Source of the DNA: an uncultured Actinomycetes bacterium
Lineage (GTDB): Bacteria > Actinomycetota > Thermoleophilia > Gaiellales > Gaiellaceae
Length of the DNA stretch: 64,000 nucleotides
Assembly: GCA_963798985.1 (NCBI GenBank)
Contig: CAWCVL010000008.1
Location: forward strand, 30,442 to 94,441
Direction of reading: 5' to 3'
The translations under genes and the position numbers were made by a program. Below, piece after piece: positions 18,449 through 28,342 of this stretch (position 1 is its first letter; each line of letters opens with the position of its first letter). The notes under the pieces were generated by a model. That model was not told where the DNA came from and did no database searches. It was given only the letters and a program-made list of their open reading frames with translations.

Positions 18449-20378
18449 GTGAGCCGCTACGCCTCGGTCTACCCGCTCGTCAACGCCAGGGCGCTGGCCT
18501 CGCGGATCTTCACCTACGAGGTGCCCGACGAGGTCGAGAAAGGGGCGGTCGTCGAGGTGCGCTTCGCCCGCTCCAAGGCGCGCGGCGTCGTCGTGGACGT
18601 CGACGGGGTCGCGCCGGAGGGGATCACCGTCGCCGCGATCGAGCGGGTCGTGGAGGAGCTGCCGCCGGCCCTCGTCGATCTCGCGCTCTGGCTCGCCGAG
18701 TACTACGGCTCGACCCCCGCGCGCACGCTCGCACTCGTCGCGCCCCGGGAGCGGAAGCGTCGCGGGGAGCGTCCGGCGCCGCTGTCGCGCGAAGGGCTCG
18801 CGGGCGAGGCGGAGCCGGAGCAGCTGACCGACGAGCAGCGCGCCGCGATCGACCGGATCGTCGGCGCGTTCGGGAGCGGCGGGAACTTCCTGCTCGCGGG
18901 GGCGACCGGCAGCGGCAAGACCGAGGTCTACCTCCAGGCGTGCGCGGCGGCGCTCGAGCGCGGGCTCGGCGCGATCGTGCTCGTGCCGGAGATCGCGCTG
19001 ACGCCGCAGGCGGCCGGTCGCTTCGCCGCGCGCTTCGGCGACGGGCTCGCGATCCTGCACTCCGGCCTCACCGACGCGGAGCGCCGCGACGAGCGCGAGC
19101 GGATCGCGCGAGGCGAGGCGCGCATCGTCGTCGGCGCGCGCTCCGCGATCTTCGCGCCGGTCCGCGACCTCGGGCTGATCTGCGTCGACGAGGAGCACGA
19201 CCAGTCGTACAAGCAGGACTCCGACCCGCGCTACGACGCGCGCACCGTCGCCGCGAAGCGCGCGGCGCTCGAGGGCGCGGTCGCGGTCTACGGCAGCGCG
19301 ACGCCGCGGCCGGAGAGCTGGGAGCGGCTCGACCGGCTCGACCTCGGCGGGCGGCTCGTCGGGTCGCTCCCGCCCGTGAAGGTCGTCGACCTGCGGCGCG
19401 AGGCCGGCTACCCGCTCTCCGCGCCGCTGCTCGCGGCGCTCGGCCGCGTCGCCGCCGAGGGCGGCAAGGCGATCCTGCTGCTCAACCGGCGCGGCATCGC
19501 GCCCGGCGATCCACTGCCGGGCTTGCGGGACGACGCTGCGCTGTCCCGAACTGCGACGTCGCGCTCGTCCTCCACCGCGACGACGTCCTGCACTGCCACC
19601 ACTGCGGGCACACCGTCCCGTCGCCCGAGACGCTGCCCGGCCTGCGCGTCGCCCGAGCTGGCACGGATCGGCGCGGGCACCGAGAAGCTCGAGAAGGAGC
19701 TCGCCGCGCGCGTGCCCGAGCTCGAGCGGATCCGGCTCGACGCCGACGTCGTCGCGGAACGCGGAGCCGTTCCCGAGGCACTGCGGCGCTTCGCCGCGAC
19801 CGACCGGGCCGTGCTGCTCGGGCACGCAGATGGTCGCGAAGGGCCATCACTTCGCCGGCGTGTCGCTCGCGGCGGTCGTCGACGCCGACACCCAGCTCGG
19901 GCTGCCGGACTTTCGGGCCGAAGAGCGGACGTTCGCGCTGCTGACCCAGCTCGCCGGCCGCTCCGGCCGCGACGCGCCGGGGCGGGTGATCGTGCAGACC
20001 TTCCAGCCGGACGCGCGCGCGGTCGCGTTCGCGGCGCGCCACGACGTCGCGGGGTTCCTCACGGGCGAGCTCGAGCGCCGTCGCGAGCTCGGGTACCCGC
20101 CCTTCTGCCACCTCATCCGCGTCGTCGTCTCCGGCCCCGAGCCGGAGCAGCCGCTCACCGCGTTGCGGGAGCTGGCGTCGCGGTTCCAGGAGGGCGAGCT
20201 GCTCGGCCCCGCACCGCTGCTTCGCCTCCGCGGGCGCTATCGCGCCCAGCTGATCGCGAAGACGGGCGAGCCGCGCCGCGTCGCGGCGCGCGCGGGCCGG
20301 TTGCTCGCCGAGGCGGCTCCGGCGATGCGGCGCGCCGGGCTCACGGCGGTCGTCGACGTGGACCCGCAGAGCCTCTGA
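18449..20378 (+). pseudogene. priA: primosomal protein N-prime (PriA helicase), four frameshifts in this sequence (probable assembly indels)
   Basis: Frame 2 encodes GATGSGKTEVY, DEEHD and LLNRRGIAP. The zinc motifs CRAC, CPNC, CHHC and CPAC are readable only by hopping frames 2>0>1>2 (extra bases at about 19505, 19546 and 19633). The C-terminal part TQMVAKGHHFAGVSLAAVVDAD... is in frame 0 after an extra G at about 19821. Confidence 0.9.
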
Positions 20379-20402
20379 CGCGACCGGACTACACTCCTCG
20401 CC

Positions 20403-20969
20403 GTGGCTGACGAGGCGGGCGAGCTGCGCGACACCGGCGACCTCGACGCCGAGGCTCTCGCGCGTCGGCGTCTCGCCCTGTCGCAGATCCGCCAGTACCC
20501 CGACTCCGCGCTGCGGATGCGGGCGAACGAGGTCGACCAGTTCGACGACACGCTGCGGCAGCTCGCCGAGCGGATGACTGCGCTCATGACCGACGCGTAC
20601 GGCGTCGGCCTCGCGGCGACGCAGATCGGCGTGCTCCAGCGGCTGTTCGTCTTCCAGTCAGGCGACGACGAGGCGCGCGTGCTCGTCAACCCACGGATCG
20701 TCCACCAGAGCGACGAACTGGAAATGGACGAGGAGGGTTGCCTCTCGCTCCAGCGCGTGCTCGTGCCCGTCGAGCGTAGCGTCACGATCACGATCGAGGC
20801 GAAGGACCTCGACGGCGACGACGTGCGGCTCGAGCTCGACGAGCTCCCGGCCCGCGTCGTGCAGCACGAGCTCGACCATCTCGACGGGGTGTTGATCCTC
20901 GACCGGACCACCGACGACGCACGGCGTGAGGCGATGGCGACGCTTCGCGCACAGCTTTCCCTCGCTTGA
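20403..20969 (+). CDS. def: peptide deformylase
   Basis: 188 aa. GVGLAATQIG, EGCLS and QHELDHLDG motifs. Confidence 0.95.
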   Translation: MADEAGELRDTGDLDAEALARRRLALSQIRQYPDSALRMRANEVDQFDDTLRQLAERMTALMTDAYGVGLAATQIGVLQRLFVFQSGDDEARVLVNPRIVHQSDELEMDEEGCLSLQRVLVPVERSVTITIEAKDLDGDDVRLELDELPARVVQHELDHLDGVLILDRTTDDARREAMATLRAQLSLA

Positions 20970-21754
20970 GCCGACTCGGCGTCGCCGCGACGGCGCCCTT
21001 TGGAGCGGACGTGCTCGAACGTCTGGCCGCGCGGCACGACATCGCGTGGCTGCTCACGCGGCCGGACCGGCCGGCAGGCCGCGGACGTAAGGAACGCCCG
21101 CCCGCAGCGAAGGTCGCGGCGGAGCAGCTCGGGTTGGAGGTGCGGCAGCCCGAGCGCCCCACGCTCGACGACGTCGCAGGCGTCGACACGATCGTCCTCG
21201 TCGCCTACGGCGTGCTGATCCCCGACGATCTGCTGGCCGCCGCGCTCTGGCTGAACGTGCACCCGTCCCTGCTTCCGAGGTGGCGCGGCGCTGCGCCGGT
21301 CGAGCGTGCGCTGCTCGCCGGCGACGAGGAGACCGGCGTGTCGATCATCAAGCTCGTGAAGGAGCTGGACGCCGGCCCGGTCGCGGCGCAGCGCGCGTTC
21401 CGGGTCGGCGAGGACGACGACGCGGGCGCGGTCTACGAACGCTCGGCCGAGCTCGCCGTCGACCTGCTCGACGACGTGCTCCGGGAGCCGACGTTCCGCG
21501 AGCAGGAGGGCGAGCCGACGTACGCCCACAAGCTCGAGGCGGCCGACCGCGAGCTCGACCTCGCAGATCCCGAAGACGCGCTGCGGCGGATCCGGGCGCT
21601 TTCGCCGCACATCGGCGCGCGCGCGGAGCTCGACGGCCGGCCGGTGACGATCTGGCGGGCGCGCGTGGAGAACGGCGAGCTCGTCCCACTCGAGGTGCAG
21701 CCCGACGGCCGGAAGCGCATGACGTACGAGGAGTTCCGCCGAGGTCTGCGGTGA
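20966..21754 (+). CDS. fmt: methionyl-tRNA formyltransferase
   Basis: 262 aa. NVHPSLLPRWRGAAPVERA motif plus a C-terminal Fmt domain. TTGA overlap with the def stop. Short N-terminus. Confidence 0.85.
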   Translation: MSRLGVAATAPFGADVLERLAARHDIAWLLTRPDRPAGRGRKERPPAAKVAAEQLGLEVRQPERPTLDDVAGVDTIVLVAYGVLIPDDLLAAALWLNVHPSLLPRWRGAAPVERALLAGDEETGVSIIKLVKELDAGPVAAQRAFRVGEDDDAGAVYERSAELAVDLLDDVLREPTFREQEGEPTYAHKLEAADRELDLADPEDALRRIRALSPHIGARAELDGRPVTIWRARVENGELVPLEVQPDGRKRMTYEEFRRGLR

Positions 21755-22956
21755 TCGCGCCGGCGCGACGCGCCGCGTACTCCGTCGTGCGGCGCGTGTT
21801 CGAAGACGAGTCGTACGCCGACCGCTCGTTCCGGACCGTCGCTGCCGATCTCGACGACCGCGACCGCGCGCTCGCGCAGCGGCTCGCCTACGGAACGGTG
21901 CAGCGCGTTCGCACGCTCGACCATGCGATCGAGGCGATCGGCCGCCGCCCGGTCCGCAAGCTCGACCCGCCCGTGCTCGCGGCGCTCCGGCTCGGCGCCT
22001 ACCAGCTCGGCTACACGGAGCAGGCGCCGCACGCGGTCGTCGACGACACCGTCGAGCTCGTGCGGCGGGCAGGGGTCGAGCGCGCGGTGCCGTTCACGAA
22101 CGCCGTCATGCGCCGCCTGACCGAGCGCCTTCGCGGCCTGCTCGGCTCGCTCCCTGAAGGGCCGCTCAAGCACTCGTACCCCGACTGGATCCACGACACG
22201 TGGCGGCGCGACCTCGGTGAGGAGGCTTCGCTGGCCTTGATGCGCGCGCAGAACGAGCCGCCCGAGACCGTCGTCCGTCTCGTGCGTGGCGACCCGCCCG
22301 GCGAGCCGACGGACGTTCCCGGCGCGTACCGCGTCGACCGCGTCGACGAGCAGGCGCTCGCCGAGGGACGGGTCTGGCCGCAGAGCCGTGGCTCGCAGCT
22401 GGCCGGCCTCGTCGTCGGTGCCCGCGAGGGCGAGCGGATCCTCGACTCGTGCGCCGCGCCTGGGGGGAAGGCGACGATGCTCGCGGGAGAGGTGACAGCG
22501 GTCGAGTTGAACCCGGGACGCGCGCGCGAGCTGCGCGACAACGCCGCGTTACTCGGCGCCACGCACGTCCACGTCGTCGAGGCCGACGCGACCGCCTTGC
22601 CGCCCGAGCTCGAGGACTTCGACCGCGCCCTCGTCGACGCGCCCTGCTCCGGACTGGGCGTCCTCGCCGCGCGCCCCGACCTCCGCTGGCGCGCTCGCCC
22701 CCTCCCGGACCTCCAGCTCGCGCTCCTGCAGGAGGCGGCGGCGCGCACGAAGCCGGGCGGGACTGTCGTCTACTCGGTCTGCACGATCAACGCGGACGAG
22801 AACGAGGCGGTCGTCGAAGCCTCGGGCCTCGAGATCGACCCGCTCGGCGAGGAATGGCCTCAGTTCGCCCATCCCAAGCACCCCGAGTTCCTGCTGACTC
22901 GTCCCGACCTGCACGGGACGTCCGGGTTCTTCATTGCCCGCCTCAAGGCTTCGTAA
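21751..22956 (+). CDS. rsmB: 16S rRNA (cytosine-C5)-methyltransferase RsmB/Sun family
   Basis: NusB-like N-terminus, SAM motif ILDSCAAPGGKAT, DAPCSGLGV and YSVCT. Start is GTG 21751 (GTGA overlap with the fmt stop). Confidence 0.85.
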   Translation: MIAPARRAAYSVVRRVFEDESYADRSFRTVAADLDDRDRALAQRLAYGTVQRVRTLDHAIEAIGRRPVRKLDPPVLAALRLGAYQLGYTEQAPHAVVDDTVELVRRAGVERAVPFTNAVMRRLTERLRGLLGSLPEGPLKHSYPDWIHDTWRRDLGEEASLALMRAQNEPPETVVRLVRGDPPGEPTDVPGAYRVDRVDEQALAEGRVWPQSRGSQLAGLVVGAREGERILDSCAAPGGKATMLAGEVTAVELNPGRARELRDNAALLGATHVHVVEADATALPPELEDFDRALVDAPCSGLGVLAARPDLRWRARPLPDLQLALLQEAAARTKPGGTVVYSVCTINADENEAVVEASGLEIDPLGEEWPQFAHPKHPEFLLTRPDLHGTSGFFIARLKAS

Positions 22957-22965
22957 GATCAGCCG

Positions 22966-23643
22966 GTGCCCTGGCGCGAGTGGGTCCGCACGGTCGAGGT
23001 CGAGCCGTCGCTGTACGCGGCCGACTTCGGCCACCTGGCGGACCAGGTCGAGGTGCTCCTGCACGCCGGCGCGCGGATCTTCCACTTCGACTGCGGCGAC
23101 GGCCACTTCGTCGAGCCGATCACGATGGGGCCGGTCGTGCTCGCGTCGATCTCGGACCAGATCCACGCGATGGACGGAGAGATCGACTGCCACCTCATGG
23201 TCGAGAACCCGTCGAAGCACTTCGGTGCGTTCGCGGAGGCTGGGGCGGACAGCGTGACGTTCCACTACGAGGCGGTTCGCGACGTTCGCGGCTGTGTGCA
23301 GGCTGCGCGGGAGCACGACCTCGACGTCGGGCTGGCGTTCAAGCCGGGCACGCCCGTCGCCGAAGCCGTCGCGACGGCGGAGAACGTCGACGTCGTGCTC
23401 TGCATGAGCATCGAGCCCGGGTACTCGGGCCAGGAGTTCCTGCCCGGCTCGCTCGAGCGGATCGCGCTGACGCGCGAGTTGCTGCCACCGGAGGTGCACG
23501 TGCAGGTCGACGGCGGGATCGACGAGGAGAACATCCGCGCTGCCTACGACGCAGGCGCGACGCTGCTCGTCTCCGCCAGCGCGGTCTTCGGACGCGAGGA
23601 TCTCGCGCGGTCGTATCGCCGCTTGGTACAAGCGTTGGCGTGA
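22966..23643 (+). CDS. rpe: ribulose-phosphate 3-epimerase
   Basis: 225 aa. PSLYAADF, HFDCGDGHFV, CHLMV, MSIEPGYSGQ and VDGGI motifs. Confidence 0.9.
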   Translation: MPWREWVRTVEVEPSLYAADFGHLADQVEVLLHAGARIFHFDCGDGHFVEPITMGPVVLASISDQIHAMDGEIDCHLMVENPSKHFGAFAEAGADSVTFHYEAVRDVRGCVQAAREHDLDVGLAFKPGTPVAEAVATAENVDVVLCMSIEPGYSGQEFLPGSLERIALTRELLPPEVHVQVDGGIDEENIRAAYDAGATLLVSASAVFGREDLARSYRRLVQALA

Positions 23644-24575
23644 GCCACATGGACAGGGCGCTCGAGCTCGCCGAGCGAGGGCGCGGCACCACGCACCCGA
23701 ACCCCGTCGTCGGCGCGGTCGTCGTCACGTCGGCAGGAACGGTGGTCGGCGAGGGCTGGCACGAGCACGCGGGCGGGCCGCACGCAGAGCTCGTCGCGCT
23801 TCGGGCGGCCGGCGGACGCGCGGCGGGGGCGACGCTCTACGCATCGCTCGAACCGTGCTCACGCTTCGGCCGGACGCCGCCGTGCGTCGACGCGATCGTC
23901 GGCGCGGGAATCGCGAAGGTCGTCGTCGGCGCCGACGACCCGTCGCAGGACGGTGTCGAGCGGCTGCGCGAGCTCGGTGTCGAGGTCGACGTGCTCGACC
24001 TCTGGGAGGCACGCCGGCAGAACGAAGCGTGGCGCACCTGGACGACCCTGGAGCGGCCGTTCGTGACGTACAAGGCCGCGGTCACGCTCGACGGCCGCGT
24101 GACGATCCCGGGTTCGCGTTGGATCTCGGGCGATGAGTCTCGGCGGCTCGTGCACGAGCTCCGCGCCCTGTCGGACGCGGTCGGGGTGGGGATGGGCACC
24201 GTGCGCGCCGACGACCCGAAGCTCGACGCTCGCGACGTTGCGGCCGAGCGTCAGCCGCGGCGGATCGCGTTCGGGCTCGGCCCGCTTCCACCAGGATCCG
24301 AGTTGGAGCTGCGCTCGGGCGAGCCGGTCGAGGAGCTGCGTGCGCTCGCCCACGAGGGCGTGCAGTCGCTCTTGCTCGAGGGCGGCCCGACGATCGCGAC
24401 CGCGTTCCTCGAGCGCGGGCTGATCGACAAGCTCCTGCTCTTCGTCGCGCCGAAGCTCTCGGGCGCAGGGCCGCACGTCTTCAACGATTTCGCGGGACCG
24501 GTCGGGTTGGCCCGCACGTCCGTCCGGCACGTCGGCGTGGACATGCTCTTCGAGGGATACCTTCGGGAACCGTGA
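23640..24575 (+). CDS. ribD: bifunctional diaminohydroxyphosphoribosylaminopyrimidine deaminase / 5-amino-6-(5-phosphoribosylamino)uracil reductase
   Basis: Deaminase HAELVAL...EPCSRFGRTPPC plus a reductase domain (KAAVTLDGR...LLLEGGPTI). Start is GTG 23640 (GTGA overlap with the rpe stop). It uses only the tail of the 708-aa track ORF. Confidence 0.9.
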   Translation: MSHMDRALELAERGRGTTHPNPVVGAVVVTSAGTVVGEGWHEHAGGPHAELVALRAAGGRAAGATLYASLEPCSRFGRTPPCVDAIVGAGIAKVVVGADDPSQDGVERLRELGVEVDVLDLWEARRQNEAWRTWTTLERPFVTYKAAVTLDGRVTIPGSRWISGDESRRLVHELRALSDAVGVGMGTVRADDPKLDARDVAAERQPRRIAFGLGPLPPGSELELRSGEPVEELRALAHEGVQSLLLEGGPTIATAFLERGLIDKLLLFVAPKLSGAGPHVFNDFAGPVGLARTSVRHVGVDMLFEGYLREP

Positions 24576-25355
24576 AGTTCGGGATCCTCAGCTCGAACAT
24601 CGGCTCGTACTCCGAGCCTCGAACCGCGGTCCGCGTCGCGCAGGCAGCCGAGCGCGCGGGGTGGGACGCGTACCTGATCTGGGACCACCTCGCCTTCGTC
24701 TGGGACAAGCCCGCGGCCGACCCGTGGGTGACGCTCGGCGCGGTCGCCGTGTCGACCGACCGGATCCTGATCGGCCCCGGTGTCACGCCCGTCGCGCGCC
24801 GCCGGCCGCAGGTCGTCGCGCACGAGCTGGCGACGCTCGACCGGCTCGCGCCCGGGCGCGTCGTCTTCGGCGCGGGGCTCGGCGGCGGGCACGGCGAGTT
24901 CGAGCGCTTCGGCGAGGACGAGGACCCGAAGGCGCGGGCCGCGCTGCTCGACGAGGGGCTCGACGTGATCCGCGCGCTGCTCTCCGGTGAGCGCGTCGAC
25001 CACCGGGGCCAGCACTTCACGGTGGACGGGGTGACGCTGCGACCGGCACCGGAGCGCCTGCCGATCTGGATCGGTGGGATGAGCCGCAAGGCGCGCGACC
25101 GCGCGCAGCGGTTCGACGGGTGGTTCGCGGACACGGCGAGCCCGAGCGAAATGACGACGACGCCCGAGGAGCTCGCCGCGCTGCTCGACGGCTACTCCTT
25201 CGGCGACGTGGCCGTGATGGGCTACTCGCAGCCGGGCGAGCGCGAGCCTGCACGACGCCTACGCCGAGGCCGGCGCGACGTGGTGGATCGAGCAGGTCCA
25301 CGACGGCCGCGGCGATCTCGACACCGTCCTCGCGCGGGTCGAGGCGGGCCCGTAG
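24572..25355 (+). pseudogene. luciferase-like (LLM class) flavin/F420-dependent oxidoreductase, frameshifted in this sequence
   Basis: MKFGILSS...AERAGWDAYLIWDHL...GPGVTPVARRRPQVVAHELATLDRLAPGRVVFGAGLG is typical of LLM TIM barrels. The C-terminus [35 protein letters not shown] is in the next frame after an extra C at about 25247. GTGA overlap with the ribD stop. Confidence 0.65.
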
Positions 25356-25364
25356 CCTTTCGGG

Positions 25365-25921
25365 ATGTTCACCGGCATCGTCAAGGAGCGCGGCCGGGTC
25401 GCCTCGTTCGACAACGGGAGGCTCGTCGTCGAGTCGACCCTCGAGCCCGGGATCGGCGACTCGGTCTCGGTCGACGGTGTGTGCCTGACCGTCGTGCAGG
25501 CGAACGGGGGCACGCTCGCGTTCGACGTCGTCGGCGAGACGCGCTCGCGCGTCAAGCCGTTCGGCACCGAAGCGAACCTCGAGCCCGCGGTGCGCGCCGG
25601 CGACCCGATCGGCGGCCACTACGTCCAGGGCCACGTCGACTCGGTCGGGCGCGTGCGCTCGTTCGACGGCGAGCGGCTCGCCGTGGAGGCGCCGCCGGAG
25701 CTTCTGCGCTACTGCGTCGAGAAGGGCTCGATCGCGGTCGACGGCGTCGCGCTGACGATCGCGGCGCTCGACGACGAGAGCTTCGAGGTCGCGCTCGTGC
25801 CCGCATACGCTCGAGATCACGACGCTTGGAGAAAAGCGGCCCGGCGACGAGGTCAACCTGGAAGTCGACGTCCTTGCGAAGTACGTGGAGCGCCTGCTCG
25901 GGGCTAGGCTCTCGTACGTGA
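25365..25921 (+). pseudogene. ribE: riboflavin synthase alpha chain, frameshifted in this sequence
   Basis: [10 protein letters not shown]...[11 protein letters not shown]...[12 protein letters not shown] (duplicated lumazine-binding repeats). [31 protein letters not shown] is in the next frame after an extra base at about 25801. A stop (TGA 25919-25921) is reached only if a second extra G at 25900-25903 is assumed. Confidence 0.85.
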
Positions 25922-27173
25922 CCGCCGCGGTTGAGACACGCGCACCGTTCGCGACCGTCGAAGAGGCGATCGAGGACATCCGGCAGGGCCGCTTCGTCGT
26001 CGTCGTCGACGCCGAGGACCGCGAGAACGAGGGAGACCTGACGATCGCCGCGCAGTTCGCGACCCCGGAGGCGATCAACTTCATGGCGACGCACGCCCGC
26101 GGCCTGATCTGCCTCTGCCTGACCGAGGAGCGCTGCGACGAGCTCGGCCTCGAACAGATGGCGCGCGAGAACGAGACGCCGCTCGGCACCGCCTTCACCG
26201 TTTCGGTCGAGGCGCGCGAGGGCGTCACGACGGGCATCTCCGCGCGCGGACCGCTCGCACACGATCCAGGTCGCGATCGACCCGTCGAAGGGCGCGCACG
26301 ACCTGGTCCGTCCCGGACACGTCTTTCCGCTTCGCGCGCGGGCAGGTGGTGCGCTCGAGCGGTCCGGGCAAACGGAAGCGGCCGTCGATCTCGCGCGCCT
26401 CGCGGGGCTCAATCCCGCCGGCGTCGTCTGCGAGATCATGAACGAGGACGGGACGATGGCGCGCGTCCCGGATCTGACCGTGTTCTGCGAGCAGCACGGG
26501 ATCAAGCTGCTGACGATCGCCGACCTGATCGAGTATCGCCGCGCGACGGAGAAGCTCGTCGAGCGCGTCGCGCAGGTGCGGTTGCCGACCGCGTACGGCG
26601 AGTTCACCGCAATCGCGTATCGGCGAGACGCTGACCGGCAAGCCGCACGTCGCGCTCGTCAAGGGAGAGGTCGACGGCGGCGAGGACGTGCTCGTTCGCG
26701 TGCACTCGGAGTGCCTCACCGGCGACGTCTTCCACTCGCTCCGTTGCGACTGCGGCGACCAGCTCGAGCTCGCGCTGCGCCGGATCGAGGACGAGGGACG
26801 CGGCGTCCTGCTCTACATGTCGCAGGAGGGACGCGGGATCGGGCTGCTCTCGAAGCTGCAGGCCTACGAGCTGCAGGAGGCGGGTCTCGACACGGTCGAG
26901 GCGAACCTCGAGCTCGGCTATCCGGCCGATGCGAGAGAGTGGGGGATCGGCAACCAGATCCTGGCCGACCTCGGCCTGACGACAATTCGAATCCTGACGA
27001 ACAATCCGAAGAAGCTGACCGGCCTCGAGGGCTACGGCCTCACGGTGACGGAGCAAGTGCCGATCGAGGTCGCGCCGAACGCGGAGAACGAGCGGTACCT
27101 CGCCACCAAGCGGGAGAAGCTGGGCCACCGGCTGCACCACCAGGATCGCCGCTTCGAGGAAGACGCGGAATGA
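25918..27173 (+). pseudogene. ribBA: bifunctional 3,4-dihydroxy-2-butanone-4-phosphate synthase / GTP cyclohydrolase II, two frameshifts in this sequence
   Basis: [11 protein letters not shown] (frame 1), [28 protein letters not shown]...[12 protein letters not shown] (frame 2 after an extra G at about 26248), and [21 protein letters not shown]...EGRGIGL (frame 0 after an extra G at about 26622). Confidence 0.9.
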
Positions 27174-27716
27174 CCGAGCCGGCCGAGGTCCCGCAGCTCC
27201 GCCCGCCGGGAGCACGCCGAGGGCGCGCTCGAGCTGCCCGACGGCGTGCAGGTGCTCGAGGGCTCGCCGATCGGCGGCCGCCGCGGCGTCGCCGTGCTCG
27301 TCTCGAAGTTCAACGGCGAGATCACGAGCCGCCTGCTCGCGTCGGCGCTCGAGGAGCTCGACAAGGCCGAGGTCCCGCGCGAGTCCGTGACCGTCGTCCC
27401 GGTGCCCGGAGCGTTCGAGCTCCCGCTCGCAGCGCTCGCGCTCGCGAAGACGCGTCGCTTCTCCTGCGTCGTCGCGCTCGGCTGCGTCATCCGCGGCGAG
27501 ACCGCGCACTTCGACTTCATCGCCGGCGAGGCGGCGTCCGGCCTCCAGCTGGCCGCGATCGAGACCGGCGTCCCGGTCGCCTTCGGCGTGCTCACGACCG
27601 ACACGACCGAGCAGGCCGAGGCCCGGATCGACAAGGGCGCCGAGGCCGTGCGGACGGCGCTGGAGATGGCCGACCTCTTCGCCCAGCTCCGCGCGAGCGC
27701 CGCGGCGGCCACGTAA
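27170..27716 (+). CDS. ribH: 6,7-dimethyl-8-ribityllumazine synthase
   Basis: [25 protein letters not shown] and [13 protein letters not shown]. It is intact from GTG 27246. A longer form from ATG 27170 (ATGA overlap with the ribBA stop; [13 protein letters not shown]...) needs removal of one G at about 27209. Confidence 0.9.
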
Positions 27717-27753
27717 CAGACTGTTACAAGCTCTTCGCTACACTGCCGCGGCC

Positions 27754-27945
27754 ATGCCGAAGATCTGCGCAGTCTGCGGGAAGAAGCCCTCGTTCGGGAA
27801 CAGCCGGAGCCACTCGATGGTGGCCACGAAGCGGCGCTTCGACCCGAACCTCCAGCGCGTCCGCGTCAACCTGGGCGGCAAGGCCCAGCGCGCCTACGTC
27901 TGCACCCGCTGCCTCAAGGCCGGCAAGGTCACGAAGGCGCTTTAG
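27754..27945 (+). CDS. rpmB: 50S ribosomal protein L28 (zinc-ribbon C+ form)
   Basis: 63 aa. [34 protein letters not shown] plus a second CxxC (CTRC). Confidence 0.95.
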   Translation: MPKICAVCGKKPSFGNSRSHSMVATKRRFDPNLQRVRVNLGGKAQRAYVCTRCLKAGKVTKAL

Positions 27946-27990
27946 GCCCTCCAGCAACCCCGCGCCCGGCGATCGCGGTCTAATCCCGGC

Positions 27991-28342
27991 GTGGAGGCGG
28001 CTCACTCCCTCTCCGCACCGCTCGGGAGGATCACGATCGCGCCGGAGGTGCTGGCGCGCATCGCCGGCCAAGCAGCGCTCGAGTCGTACGGAGTCGTCGG
28101 CATGTCCGCCCGCGGGCGCGTCGGCCGGCTGCTGTCGCGCGACCGCATCGGGCAGGGAATCGTCGTCGGCGGAAACGGCAAGCGGCGTGACCGTCGACCT
28201 CTACGTCGTCGTCGAGTACGGGCTCAACCTCGCCGAGGTCGCGTCGGGTCTTCGCAACCGGGTGGCGTACGACCTCGAGCGGCTGACCGGTCTCAAGGTG
28301 GCGTCCGTCGAGGTGCACATCCAGGACGTGAAGACCGGATGA
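27991..28342 (+). pseudogene. Asp23/Gls24 family envelope stress protein, frameshifted in this sequence
   Basis: GRITIAPEVLARIAGQAALESYGVVGM in frame 1. VTVDLYVVVEYGLNLAEVASGLRNRVAYDLERLTGLKVASVEVHIQDV in frame 2 after an extra G at about 28171. Confidence 0.8.

Noticed and set aside
25356-25364. An FMN (RFN) riboswitch upstream of the rib genes, a SAM riboswitch upstream of metK (11914-11927) and a T-box upstream of trpS.
   Set aside because: The available non-coding spacers are 0-14 nt (trpS is overlapped by chorismate mutase), far too short for any of these elements. None of their conserved cores is visible.
27715-27744. A promoter or operator upstream of rpmB: palindrome AACAG-A-CTGTT (27715-27725), TTACAA (27724-27729) and TACACT (27739-27744).
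   Set aside because: The TTACAA to TACACT spacing is only 9 nt, and the alternative -35 (AACAGA) is poor. The palindrome is short and overlaps the ribH stop. There is not enough support to call a feature.
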